DNA of 64,000 nucleotides from a virus (taxonomy: Duplodnaviria; Caudoviricetes): positions 32,001-96,000 of IMG/VR virus record IMGVR_UViG_3300036958_000333; one strand, given 5' to 3'. Positions 28,372 to 38,459 of this stretch are shown piece after piece. A program made the translations under genes and the position numbers. How positions within the stretch are numbered: the stretch's first letter is position 1; every line of letters begins with the position of its first letter. A model generated the notes under the pieces. The model was not told the origin of the DNA. It saw nothing but the letters and a program-made list of their open reading frames with translations, and did not search any database.

Positions 28372-29843
28372 TAAAATAAACCTATATCTCTAATATTAGT
28401 TAGTTCAGTTTTTAAACTAGGATGTAAATTTGGTATTAATAATGTAAACATTATCTTATATTCTACTAACATTTTCTGAACTTCCAATGACAAATCTTGA
28501 AAATAATTATATGAAATTTTTTGATGACTATGTATTTTACCTTTTATTTTTAATAATTCTGGTTCGCATTTTATACAATAAAATACAACACCTAGATCAG
28601 GATTACTTATAAAAAATATATTATTAATATTCTGTTTCACTGCTTCATATTGTACGTTTTCAGTTGGATTATTAACATATAATATACACGAACCTTTTTG
28701 TTTAACGTCAGCTAATTGTAATTTTTCAGATGGATTAGGGATATAATATATACAAAATGGTTCTTTCATAACACTTTTCATATATATTTCTTCATATTGT
28801 TCATTATCTTTAAATAAATTATTAATAATATATTGTAAATTTCTTGAATCTTTTTTAATAGCATCAAGCTGTAATTCTTTTGAAGCTTTAGATATATAAT
28901 ATATAAAAGAAGATCTTGTTTTATAACCTTTTAACATAATATCGTTATATATTTTCATTATGTCTTTATCTTTATAAGCATATTTTTTAATATACCAATG
29001 AAAAGTAAATATATCGTTGCTAATATTAATGCTAAGATATATTTTTGTTAGTAATGAAATATTTTTATGATTTTTATTTATATGATTTTTTATTAAATTT
29101 AAAATATAAAGAAATTTTTCTTTATTATTATTGTATTTCATAAAGATAGTAATAAAATATACAAAAACATTTTCAAATAAATTTTTATCTTCATTTGAAA
29201 ACAAATTGTAAAATTTAGAAATGAAACGTTCAGTTATATTATTAAATTTAATTGTACTAATAAATTTAACATTTAGATATTCTTCTGGATTAGATTTAAT
29301 TAAGTCTAAAAATTTATCTTCAAATTCTCTATTTCCGGTATCAGTAATTAAATTATTAATAATAAAATCATGATCATATTTGATATTAACACCATTTCTA
29401 TATTCACTATTAATTTTATCTATAATTTTATCTGGAAAATAAAATTTTTTGTTATAACCTTTTTTTGCATTAAAATCAATTGTTTTTAAGCCTTGATAAT
29501 TTATTTTAATTAAAAAAGTAGAACTATATTTAAAGTTTTTTCCTAGCGTTATATTATAATCTAATATTAATTTATTATCAGAAATTCTATAAACCTTTAC
29601 GTTTAGATCTCCACTATATTTATTTTTTGAAAAAATTACTCCTATTTTTTTTGTTTTAAAATCTTTAAAATAATTATATTCTATTTTATATTTTTCGTTT
29701 ACATTATCATTTAATTTAATTTTACTTGTTTTTGATATACGAGATATAAAATTAATTAATTCATCTCTTCCCAAAATAAAACTATCAGATACTGTTAATT
29801 GATAAGTACCAGTATTACTTTTTTCTAAACCTTCTAATAACAT
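28371..29843 (-). CDS. protein with C-terminal NPSEKLQL-type (DUF4116-like) repeats
   Basis: repeats IPNPSEKLQLA, VNNPTENVQYEA, ISNPD; C-terminus paralogous to 56033-56548. Confidence 0.6.
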   Translation of the reverse strand: MLLEGLEKSNTGTYQLTVSDSFILGRDELINFISRISKTSKIKLNDNVNEKYKIEYNYFKDFKTKKIGVIFSKNKYSGDLNVKVYRISDNKLILDYNITLGKNFKYSSTFLIKINYQGLKTIDFNAKKGYNKKFYFPDKIIDKINSEYRNGVNIKYDHDFIINNLITDTGNREFEDKFLDLIKSNPEEYLNVKFISTIKFNNITERFISKFYNLFSNEDKNLFENVFVYFITIFMKYNNNKEKFLYILNLIKNHINKNHKNISLLTKIYLSINISNDIFTFHWYIKKYAYKDKDIMKIYNDIMLKGYKTRSSFIYYISKASKELQLDAIKKDSRNLQYIINNLFKDNEQYEEIYMKSVMKEPFCIYYIPNPSEKLQLADVKQKGSCILYVNNPTENVQYEAVKQNINNIFFISNPDLGVVFYCIKCEPELLKIKGKIHSHQKISYNYFQDLSLEVQKMLVEYKIMFTLLIPNLHPSLKTELTNIRDIGLF

Positions 29844-29983
29844 ATATTCAGTAAATCTCTTTATTATATTATATTTGCCTCACATTTGTTATATTTATAT
29901 ATATAAAACAAAAAAAAATAAAGTAATAACTATATTATAATTATATAAATTATATAAATTATAAATTATTTATGGAGTAAAAA

Positions 29984-30331
29984 ATGGAAGAATATAAAAA
30001 TAAAGAAGTCAAAGCTAGAATAGTAGATATAAACACTCTTGTCCCATTAAGTATTATTATGGAAGTAGAAGAAAATGATAACAATAAAATAATTTCTGGA
30101 TTATTTTTTCTTGATCAAATTAACAAAGAAATATTTGATATTAATGGTCCAGTAGAAAAAAATATGAAAGAAGCAATACTAGAATGGATAAGAATAAAAA
30201 CACAAGAAGTTAAAAAACAAATGATGAGTCAATTATCATATGCAACACCAGAACAATTAGCTGCAATGGGAATAGATATAAATGATATGAATTTAAATGA
30301 TAATTCTAAGAAAATAATTCTTCCACATTAA
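29984..30331 (+). CDS. hypothetical protein
   Basis: GGAG RBS, 115 aa. Confidence 0.65.
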   Translation: MEEYKNKEVKARIVDINTLVPLSIIMEVEENDNNKIISGLFFLDQINKEIFDINGPVEKNMKEAILEWIRIKTQEVKKQMMSQLSYATPEQLAAMGIDINDMNLNDNSKKIILPH

Positions 30332-30343
30332 TAAATATATAAT

Positions 30344-30697
30344 ATGCCATTAAATATTCCAATAATAATAGATTCTGAAAGTGATTCATATAGCAGTATA
30401 TTACAACAACTTGTATATATAACCAATGAAAATGAATCAATATTTTATATAAGAAACCTAAATAATATAAAAATAACTACTAAAATAGATAGAATACTAA
30501 TTACAATAGCTATATTAAAAAGAGGAGGATATATAAAAGATATATCATCTAATTATTCTGAATCGGATAGTGAAAACACTTATAGTTCTGTATTTCATTA
30601 TTATCTTGACAAAAAGTTTAATATAAGAAATAATGAAGTATTTAATGCAGATTGGAATAGAAGCCAAAGCGGTCATTGGAGCTATATAATAAAATGA
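30344..30697 (+). CDS. hypothetical protein
   Basis: ORF in operon context. Confidence 0.55.
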   Translation: MPLNIPIIIDSESDSYSSILQQLVYITNENESIFYIRNLNNIKITTKIDRILITIAILKRGGYIKDISSNYSESDSENTYSSVFHYYLDKKFNIRNNEVFNADWNRSQSGHWSYIIK

Positions 30698-31128
30698 CAA
30701 ACGTATTTGTTGTTATATCGGCAGCTATACCAAAAGAAGAAAAACTCAATAGTCTTGCTATAAAAGTATCTTCTGTATGTACCAGATCATCTAAAGCCGA
30801 AGAAATAGCTAAAATAATAAAAACAACACACCCATCAGAAGAAATGGTATATGGAATAAATTGTAAAATAATAACATCTGTAATAGATGTTCCAATAACT
30901 GGAGATTTAGATAAAGATCAAGAATTAGTATATGTAATAATAACAGCTGCAATACCAACAAAGATTGGAAGCCATCCAATACAATTAAATGTTCATTCTG
31001 TCCATACTTCTCAAAACAGCGTAGAGCAAACTTTTAAAAAAATTCAATCAAAAGATTCTATTATAGTTAATGGAATAAACTGTGGACAACATGCATCAAT
31101 TATACCAATAAAATTAAATAAATCATGA
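30676..31128 (+). CDS. hypothetical protein with internal duplication
   Basis: VFVVISAAIP...YGINC and VYVIITAAIP...NGINC halves. Confidence 0.65.
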   Translation: MELYNKMTNVFVVISAAIPKEEKLNSLAIKVSSVCTRSSKAEEIAKIIKTTHPSEEMVYGINCKIITSVIDVPITGDLDKDQELVYVIITAAIPTKIGSHPIQLNVHSVHTSQNSVEQTFKKIQSKDSIIVNGINCGQHASIIPIKLNKS

Positions 31129-31787
31129 GTGAAAAAGTTTCTATAATTATAGTTCATCATGACGAACCAGAATATTTAAACATACTTTTGCAATCTATAA
31201 AAGTATGTTCTATAGAAAATGATTATATAATTAATGTAATAGACAATAATTCGAAAGAACAAAAATCTATAAACTTTATAAATAATTTAAAATCAAGAAA
31301 AGATATTAATATAATAGAAAATGATTCAGAAATTAGTTTTAGAGAATGTTTATATAAAGGAATAGAAGAATCAGAAGAATCTGATTATTTTGTTTTTTCT
31401 CATTCTGATAATGTAATATTAAACAAACAATGGTTAGATTATATGATAGGATTATTTATAGATAATAAAAAAATTGGAGCAATATGTGACAGTAAATTAA
31501 TAGAGTTTACGGGTCCAAATTCTCAAACTAATAAAGGACCAAATTATAATTTTTTAATGACTCCAACCGAAATATTTAATGCTGTTGGAAAATTTAAATA
31601 TAATAAATGCAATAATATAGGATTGTTTTTAGGATATCATTTTCAGCTTCAGGTTGTTGGTTTAGAAACAATAGGAGTATATAATGTTATTAATCACTAT
31701 AGTTTAGGTTCAATTTCTCAAGAACAAAAAATAGAAGATATAAAATTATTTAATCAACAATTTGTAGACCATGTTTCTGAAAAATGA
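31125..31787 (+). CDS. GT2-like glycosyltransferase (possibly degenerate)
   Basis: VSIIIVHH...VIDNNS...YFVFSHSDN. Confidence 0.7.
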   Translation: MSEKVSIIIVHHDEPEYLNILLQSIKVCSIENDYIINVIDNNSKEQKSINFINNLKSRKDINIIENDSEISFRECLYKGIEESEESDYFVFSHSDNVILNKQWLDYMIGLFIDNKKIGAICDSKLIEFTGPNSQTNKGPNYNFLMTPTEIFNAVGKFKYNKCNNIGLFLGYHFQLQVVGLETIGVYNVINHYSLGSISQEQKIEDIKLFNQQFVDHVSEK

Positions 31788-32119
31788 AAAAAATATTATT
31801 ATTTATATATTTTATATTTGTATCTGAAACAAAACTTAAATATTGTTTTAAATGCCCATATTTTTCTTTAAATAAAGAATATAAATTTAAAAAATCATTT
31901 AAATATTTTAGATTAAAATATCTAAAATATTTATATTATAAATATTTTAATATATTAAAAGAAGGATATTGCGAAATTACAATAATAAATCCAGTATTTA
32001 AAGATCATATTAATATTATTACAAAAGGTTATGAAAAATGTATTATAAAAGATATAAAAAATGAAATTAAAGATGCTAGAAACATAAAAGATTTTGAAAA
32101 AAAAGATGAAAATGGATAA
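31784..32119 (+). CDS. hypothetical protein
   Basis: ATGA overlap; CxxC motif. Confidence 0.45.
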   Translation: MKKILLFIYFIFVSETKLKYCFKCPYFSLNKEYKFKKSFKYFRLKYLKYLYYKYFNILKEGYCEITIINPVFKDHINIITKGYEKCIIKDIKNEIKDARNIKDFEKKDENG

Positions 32120-32351
32120 AAAAAATAATATAAAAAAAATATTTAACAATATATTTAATAAACCATATAAAGATTTTAATAATATACAAAGAAAATTTTT
32201 TACTATTTTAGATGAAATTACAGATGAAAAAATAATAGATTGTATATTTGAAATTTTTATATTATTTCAAGAAGTAAAAAATAATGAAAAATCAATTATA
32301 ATTAAAGAACTTAAAAAAACATTAAAAGAGCGTGGAATCAATTTAGGGTAA
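32094..32351 (+). CDS. hypothetical protein
   Basis: ORF in operon context. Confidence 0.45.
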   Translation: MKKKMKMDKKNNIKKIFNNIFNKPYKDFNNIQRKFFTILDEITDEKIIDCIFEIFILFQEVKNNEKSIIIKELKKTLKERGINLG

Positions 32352-33314
32352 AAATAAATCATTTTTCATTTGATCAAAAAATAATTTATCATTATATGCT
32401 TTAAGAGATAATTCCTTAACCTCATTTTTATCATAATCTTTAATACATGATTCAATAGCTCTTATGAAATCTTCGTTTCCTTTTTCAAATTCCCATAACT
32501 CATGAGTATAATTTCCAGACAATAACGCCGCATGATTTGAAAATGTTCTTGTAGATACTATTTTTGTTCCACATAATAAACTTTCAAATTGTGCCAATCC
32601 AGAACATTCATTATGAGTAACTACATATGCTACACATTTATTATAAGTTTTAATCATTTCATCTAAAGGCAATGATTTTTCTAAATTTATATCAACCCAA
32701 TTTTCTGAATTATTTTGACTTATTATTTTAATTTCAGGATGATTTTCTTTTATTTTTGGAATACATTCATTTATTATTCTTTTTGCATTATATGGTTCTA
32801 AACTTATATCAAAATCCCAAATTGTATCTATGAATATATATTTTTCTTCTGTTTTTTCTGGAACCATATTTTTAAATTTATCATTAAAAAAACATGGTCC
32901 CCAATATCTATATGCTCTATCGTTCCACCAACCAGTATATTCTCTACTAGCAAAAGCTATTATATGAAATAAGTTTTCTAAATTAAATCCTAATTGTAAT
33001 AACTTAGTTTGTTTATCATTATAAAAATAATATAAATCGGTATATAAAATCTTTTTTCCAATTCCTTCTAAATTAATCATAAAATTACACCAATTTATAT
33101 CTATACTTTGTACCCATGGAAGAAATATAAAATTATAAGAATTTAATTTTATTCTATTAGAATCATTAGCGCAAATATCATATATATCAATTTTTTTATC
33201 TGGAAGATATTTGTTTAAAACTTCTTTTAAATAATATGTTTTAGAACTAGTATAATTTGGATCATCAAGATTTCCTATAATTATTATATCATATTTATCT
33301 ACCGTATCTGTCAT
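32343..33314 (-). CDS. GT-B (GT4-like) glycosyltransferase
   Basis: ECSGLAQFESLLCGTKIV matches the E-x7-E donor-binding motif of GT4. Confidence 0.65.
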   Translation of the reverse strand: MTDTVDKYDIIIIGNLDDPNYTSSKTYYLKEVLNKYLPDKKIDIYDICANDSNRIKLNSYNFIFLPWVQSIDINWCNFMINLEGIGKKILYTDLYYFYNDKQTKLLQLGFNLENLFHIIAFASREYTGWWNDRAYRYWGPCFFNDKFKNMVPEKTEEKYIFIDTIWDFDISLEPYNAKRIINECIPKIKENHPEIKIISQNNSENWVDINLEKSLPLDEMIKTYNKCVAYVVTHNECSGLAQFESLLCGTKIVSTRTFSNHAALLSGNYTHELWEFEKGNEDFIRAIESCIKDYDKNEVKELSLKAYNDKLFFDQMKNDLFLP

Positions 33315-33379
33315 AATTTATTCCTTTTTTTTCTTAATTATAAATATATAATATTAAAGAATATTGATAAGGAAAATAA

Positions 33380-33757
33380 ATGAATTTTTTAACATTTAAA
33401 GATTTTTATATAAATGAAAGAAAATTAGATTCTATATTGTTTCTTCTAAAAAAGAATATATCAGAAGATGTAAATGCAATATTAACATATTTTCAAGATA
33501 ATGATGTAAATGATATGTCAATAAGCGATATACAAGAAAAAATAGGAATTTTTCAAAAAGTAATAAAAGACTATCATGAAGAAATAATTAAAAATATAAG
33601 TAATATAAAAATAAAAAATGAATACATGGTAATGTATGAAAATATAATAGAATCACTAGAACAATTTAATGAACCAACTAGTACAATAACAGAAAATATA
33701 AATGATCTAATAAATATATTAAATGATTTTTATACTTTTATTCAAACAAATTTATAA
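33380..33757 (+). CDS. putative internal head protein
   Basis: N-terminus LTFKDFYINE resembles the T4 capsid-targeting sequence; helical acidic protein. Confidence 0.45.
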   Translation: MNFLTFKDFYINERKLDSILFLLKKNISEDVNAILTYFQDNDVNDMSISDIQEKIGIFQKVIKDYHEEIIKNISNIKIKNEYMVMYENIIESLEQFNEPTSTITENINDLINILNDFYTFIQTNL

Positions 33758-33763
33758 TAAAAA

Positions 33764-33789
33764 AAGGCGGGAAAATTAATCCCCGCCTT
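33764..33789. terminator. intrinsic terminator between convergent genes
   Basis: AAGGCGGG/CCCGCCTT stem; U-tract on the minus strand. Confidence 0.8.
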
Positions 33790-33811
33790 AGCCTTATATT
33801 TTATATTGTTT

Positions 33812-34840
33812 TTAAGACCAAGCAGTAAATGAAATTGCAGTACTATGAAGAATCTCTAAAATACCAGTTTCTGTTAATATTAAAATACCAGCGGTTCCAG
33901 TATTAGCGTTTATTTCATAAAAACCACGAATATTATCTCCGGTATCATAATAAGCATTAGCTGTTGTTCCGTTAACAACGCCACGATTATAATAAATAAT
34001 AGTAGATATTGTATCGGCCGCTTGGCCTCCGCTCCTAGTCCATGTTAACGTTCCAGTAGAGTTTCCAACAAATGTACCAGTTAATTCTGTTAATGCGCCG
34101 CCACATGTATCATCAGTAACAGAAACAGTTAATCCAGAAACAACAAATCCACCAATAAAATCTTTGTTTTCAGAATCATCGTGATATACAAATGTTCCCC
34201 AAGCAGTATAACCTTTATTTAATGTTAACAATTTTCCAAAAATAGGATTAGCAACATCAGCTTCTGTAGCTATTTTTCCATTATATTCTGGATACTTCTC
34301 AGTTAATGTAAATTGTCTATCAGCTCCACCACCACCATTTAGCGCGCCTGGAGCAAAACTTTCAACATCTGGAGAAGCAATTATTGAAGCTTTCATCATT
34401 CCTAAATAACGAGTATCTACTTGTCTTGCGATTGTATCTAAAGAAGTATCAAACCCAATACGTCTTAATCTAAGAGCATCATTTGGAACTTCTTGTACAC
34501 CATTATTATCCACATCTCCATAACCAGCCACTATATTAGATGGATTTTTTCCTGGATCTCCCCATCTAAGACCAAGAGTTGGTTTCCAACCCTGAGATGG
34601 TCTAACCGCCATATTCTCTTCTTCTATTATAGCTGATGGCGCAGCGTTTAATATTACATTAGGATCAAGGTCTCCTATTCTTTGCAACAATACATTTTCT
34701 CCGGTTTGATATTTGCTTGTGTATCTTTCAAAATAATTAGATAGACCGCTTTTAGTAGCTCCAGCTTCAATAGTTACTGGTAATCCAAATTCATCTGTAA
34801 CAATTAATTTTGCTCCAGTAAGATTTTTAAAACTAGCCAT
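33812..34840 (-). CDS. putative virion structural protein
   Basis: Gly/Thr/Ala-rich, higher GC, strong AGGAGG RBS. Confidence 0.55.
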   Translation of the reverse strand: MASFKNLTGAKLIVTDEFGLPVTIEAGATKSGLSNYFERYTSKYQTGENVLLQRIGDLDPNVILNAAPSAIIEEENMAVRPSQGWKPTLGLRWGDPGKNPSNIVAGYGDVDNNGVQEVPNDALRLRRIGFDTSLDTIARQVDTRYLGMMKASIIASPDVESFAPGALNGGGGADRQFTLTEKYPEYNGKIATEADVANPIFGKLLTLNKGYTAWGTFVYHDDSENKDFIGGFVVSGLTVSVTDDTCGGALTELTGTFVGNSTGTLTWTRSGGQAADTISTIIYYNRGVVNGTTANAYYDTGDNIRGFYEINANTGTAGILILTETGILEILHSTAISFTAWS

Positions 34841-34917
34841 ATATTTCCTCCTAAAAATTAATTATTGTAATAGTTTTTATACAAAAAAAATTACAACCTT
34901 TAGTATTATATATTATT

Positions 34918-36342
34918 ATGGAAATAAATTTATTAAAAAATTTTATAATATGTAATTTATTTAATAAATCAAATAAGCTAAATTCATCGAAGTTAAATAA
35001 AAATTGGTTTATTAATAACAATTATATTGAATACTATAATGAAATAATTAATATTACATTGTTTTTAAATCATGATTGCAAATTATCAGAAAGAATTTAT
35101 TGTATATTTAACAATATAAACAATAAAAAGTCTTGTAAAACATGTAAGAATGATGTTAAGTTTTTAGGATTACGTTATGGATATAGAAAATGTTGTAATG
35201 ATTGTGTTCAAAAAAACATTCGAGAAAAAGCAATTAAAACATGTTTATATAAATATGGTGTAAATAATCCATGGAAATCTCAAGAAATTAAAAATAAAAT
35301 TAAACAACATAATATTAAAAAATATGGTGTAGAATATTATTTTCAATCAAATGATTATAAAGAAAAGAACAAAAAAACATTAATTAAAAAATATGGCGTA
35401 AGTAATATTAATCAAGTAAAAGAAATTAGAGATAAAATAAAAAAAACAAGTTTATTAAAATATGGCGTAGACAATCCATCTAAAAAATTAGATTTATATT
35501 ATTCTAAAGAAACAATTGATAAATTAAATGATATAGAATTTTTAAAAAAATTACATTATATAGAAAAAAAATCAATAAAAGAAATAGCAAAAGAAATAGG
35601 AATAGCACCAAGCACTATGAGATTATATTTTAAAAAATATAATATAAATATTAACAATCATTATAATTCATCTATATTTGAAAAAGAAATAATAGAATTT
35701 ATTAATATTGATAATATAATACTTAATAACAATTCTATTATACCTCCATATGAATTAGATATATATTTGCCAGATTATAAACTAGCTATAGAGTTTGATG
35801 GGATTTACTGGCATAAAAATAAAAACAAAAATTACCATTTAAATAAAACAAATATGTGTAATCAAAAAGGAGTTGAATTATTTCATATATTTGAAAACGA
35901 ATGGATTGAAAAAAAAGATATTTGGAAATCATTAATTAATTTAAAACTAAAAAGAAATAAAATAATATATTATAATGAATGTATTTTGAATAATATAAAC
36001 GAAGATACAGCTAGAGATTTTATTAATAAAAATAATATTTTAAATTATATTAACAGTTCTATTAATTATGGTTTATTATATAATAACGAACTGGTTTGTA
36101 TTATGTCTATGTTTGATAATAAAATTGTTAGATTATGTTATAAAAACTATTATTTTATTAAAGAGGGATATAACCATATATTTAATAATTGTTTTGATAA
36201 AAATATTTCAATATTATTAGATAAAAGATTTTGTATTAATGATATTATTAACGAGTTAAATCTTAAAGAGATCGAAATAATAGAACCAAAATTTAATAAA
36301 TTATGGGATTGTGGTATTGGAATATTTAAACGATTTTATTAA
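34918..36342 (+). CDS. Hef-like/Vsr-type putative homing endonuclease with KYGV repeats
   Basis: KYGV repeats, HTH, ELDIYLPDYKLAIEFDGIYWH, HIFENEW, WDCG tail. Confidence 0.75.
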   Translation: MEINLLKNFIICNLFNKSNKLNSSKLNKNWFINNNYIEYYNEIINITLFLNHDCKLSERIYCIFNNINNKKSCKTCKNDVKFLGLRYGYRKCCNDCVQKNIREKAIKTCLYKYGVNNPWKSQEIKNKIKQHNIKKYGVEYYFQSNDYKEKNKKTLIKKYGVSNINQVKEIRDKIKKTSLLKYGVDNPSKKLDLYYSKETIDKLNDIEFLKKLHYIEKKSIKEIAKEIGIAPSTMRLYFKKYNININNHYNSSIFEKEIIEFINIDNIILNNNSIIPPYELDIYLPDYKLAIEFDGIYWHKNKNKNYHLNKTNMCNQKGVELFHIFENEWIEKKDIWKSLINLKLKRNKIIYYNECILNNINEDTARDFINKNNILNYINSSINYGLLYNNELVCIMSMFDNKIVRLCYKNYYFIKEGYNHIFNNCFDKNISILLDKRFCINDIINELNLKEIEIIEPKFNKLWDCGIGIFKRFY

Positions 36343-37279
36343 TTGATTTTTCTAATATACATCTTGCTGTTTTAAAATCTAATTTTCTTCTTCTAATTCC
36401 ATTTTTATTATTATTTTTAAATGCCGCTAATAATAAATCAAAAGTTTCTTTTCTCCAATTTTCTAGAATATTATTAGATGTTTTTATCAATGTAGGTATT
36501 AAACTATTATCAATTTCTACATTTATTATTGTTAAAGATCTAGAAGATATATTTATATTATTTTTAATTTCATTTGGAAAACAAAATCTAATTCTATTAT
36601 TTATTTCGCATCCATCTATAGCTCTAAGTCCTATATTTCCATTTTTATCATTAAACTTAATTTTTATTTTATTTTCACATGACATTTTAAATAAATTTAA
36701 TTCTGATATTTTCATGATAAAATCATTATTTTTATATAATAATGTATCATTTTTTTTGGTTTTATCTAGACATATTATACAAACTGGATGTTGTGTATTT
36801 AAAAACGGGTTTTCTTCCAATATTGTTATGCTTTCTGTAAAATCTAAAAATTTATTAGAAAGAATAAATGTCTCTGGAACTATTGCGACTATTTTATCAT
36901 GATATTCTAAACATTTAAATAAAGCTATTTGATATATGTCATTATAAGAATTATTATTAAAGTATTTAATCATATTATTTACATTTAATCTTTTGGCAAT
37001 ATTTTTTGCTAAAAAAGGAGGATTAGTTATTATTAATCTGTTTGTTTTTTCAATGTTTATCAAGCTATCATTTATTTTCCATTTAAATTTTTTATCTATA
37101 TCATACCCTAATATGTTATTAATATTAAGTTCTTTTCGACATGTTTCCAACAAATCTCCATTTCCAGCAAATGGATCTAAAATTCCATTTATAGAGCTTT
37201 TTAATATAAAATTTTTAATATGATCTTTCAACCATATATTTTTTATTGTAAAAAATTGGCATAATGATTTGTTATACAT
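36326..37279 (-). CDS. orphan N6-adenine DNA methyltransferase (gamma class)
   Basis: motif I LDPFAGNGDL precedes motif IV ITNPPF. Confidence 0.8.
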   Translation of the reverse strand: MYNKSLCQFFTIKNIWLKDHIKNFILKSSINGILDPFAGNGDLLETCRKELNINNILGYDIDKKFKWKINDSLINIEKTNRLIITNPPFLAKNIAKRLNVNNMIKYFNNNSYNDIYQIALFKCLEYHDKIVAIVPETFILSNKFLDFTESITILEENPFLNTQHPVCIICLDKTKKNDTLLYKNNDFIMKISELNLFKMSCENKIKIKFNDKNGNIGLRAIDGCEINNRIRFCFPNEIKNNINISSRSLTIINVEIDNSLIPTLIKTSNNILENWRKETFDLLLAAFKNNNKNGIRRRKLDFKTARCILEKSINKIV

Positions 37280-37285
37280 GGTTTT

Positions 37286-37313
37286 AATTTAATTTTTTAT
37301 AAAATTTCGCCAA
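37286..37313 (-). promoter_or_regulatory. GCG-class promoter TTGGCG-N16-TAAATT, leaderless methyltransferase gene
   Basis: motif shared by eight gene starts; ATG 6 nt after the -10 element. Confidence 0.6.
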
Positions 37314-37341
37314 AATATAATTTATATTCTATAATATATTT

Positions 37342-37797
37342 ATGGAAGATTTAAAATTAAAACAATTAATAATAGATTTAATAAATAGGGGTTATTCACG
37401 TACCCAAATAGCAAAAAATTTACATATGAGAAACTCTAAATTAGAAAAAATATGTTTAGATAATAATATAAAATTACCAAAAAAACAATCTAGAACATTT
37501 ATTATAGATACTATATCTGGAACATATAAAGTAAAGGGAATAGATGTTCCTTTTCATAATTCTTGTCAATTATATTATTTGATATATTATGACAGAGACG
37601 ATAGTGTTTATAGAGTTTCTCAGTTTGGAGATACATATAAAGTAATAAAAAAAATCAATAATGACAATATTTATTATATAGAAAATATTGATAAAAAAAA
37701 CAAAGCCACAATGTCTATGATATATGATGCCGTTAATAACAAAAAAATAATATTTTTTAATTCATATTTTAATAATAAATTTAATATAAAAATATAA
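37342..37797 (+). CDS. protein with N-terminal HTH
   Basis: RGYSRTQIAKNLHM; TATAAT 6 nt before the ATG. Confidence 0.55.
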   Translation: MEDLKLKQLIIDLINRGYSRTQIAKNLHMRNSKLEKICLDNNIKLPKKQSRTFIIDTISGTYKVKGIDVPFHNSCQLYYLIYYDRDDSVYRVSQFGDTYKVIKKINNDNIYYIENIDKKNKATMSMIYDAVNNKKIIFFNSYFNNKFNIKI

Positions 37798-37840
37798 AAT
37801 TTCTATTTTAATCTCTTAAAAAATTATCTATAATATATTA

Positions 37841-38443
37841 ATGAATGATGAAGTTAAAATAGACGATATAATAGACGATTTTGAAAAAAGGAATTATAAA
37901 AAAAAATTTAATTCAAAAAAAAAGGGAAGTCGTGGAGAGCTTAAAATATGTAAAATACTTTCAAATCATTTTCATAAAAATTTTAATAGAGTTCCTCATT
38001 CTGGTGCATTTGGAACAACTCATTCTTTAGAACAAAATGCGAGAAATGTTTTGTCTGGGGACATAATTTGTCCAGAAAATTTTTTATTTACAATTGAAGC
38101 GAAATCGGGATATAATATAGATTTATTTAATATATTTAATTTTAAAAATAATTGGGATAAAAAGCTTGTTATGGAATTTATTAATCAATCTATAGTTGCA
38201 GCGGACAGGTGTAAATCTATTCCAATGGTAATTTATAATAAAGATAGAAGACCATGTGTTGCTATTGTTCCAATATCTGGTTATAAAGAATCAGAAGTAA
38301 TAATTAATAATTTATATAAATTTTCTAAGTATATGATATTAAATTATAAATTATTAAATTATTTATGGGATTCGTGGATTATTGTTAATTTAGAAGAATT
38401 TTTAAGCATTATTCCAGAACAATTCTTTTATAAAGCGAAATAA
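37841..38443 (+). CDS. Holliday junction resolvase (Hjc/T5 D14-like PD-(D/E)xK)
   Basis: SKKKGSRGE, RVPHSGA, GDIICP, TIEAK. Confidence 0.8.
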   Translation: MNDEVKIDDIIDDFEKRNYKKKFNSKKKGSRGELKICKILSNHFHKNFNRVPHSGAFGTTHSLEQNARNVLSGDIICPENFLFTIEAKSGYNIDLFNIFNFKNNWDKKLVMEFINQSIVAADRCKSIPMVIYNKDRRPCVAIVPISGYKESEVIINNLYKFSKYMILNYKLLNYLWDSWIIVNLEEFLSIIPEQFFYKAK

Positions 38444-38459
38444 TTTTTAATATTATTGT
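38432..38459 (+). promoter_or_regulatory. GCG-class promoter AAAGCG-N16-TATTGT upstream of the PolA-like gene
   Basis: motif match; ATG at 38466 lies 6 nt after the -10 element. Confidence 0.5.

Noticed and set aside
29844-29983. AT-only TTATATAAA repeats as a replication origin
   Set aside because: A short low-complexity divergent intergenic region in an already AT-rich genome, with no iteron-like structure
34918-37279. Endonuclease plus methyltransferase as a type II restriction-modification pair
   Set aside because: The nuclease is one of three Hef-like paralogs and the other two have no MTase, so the convergent adjacency is probably incidental
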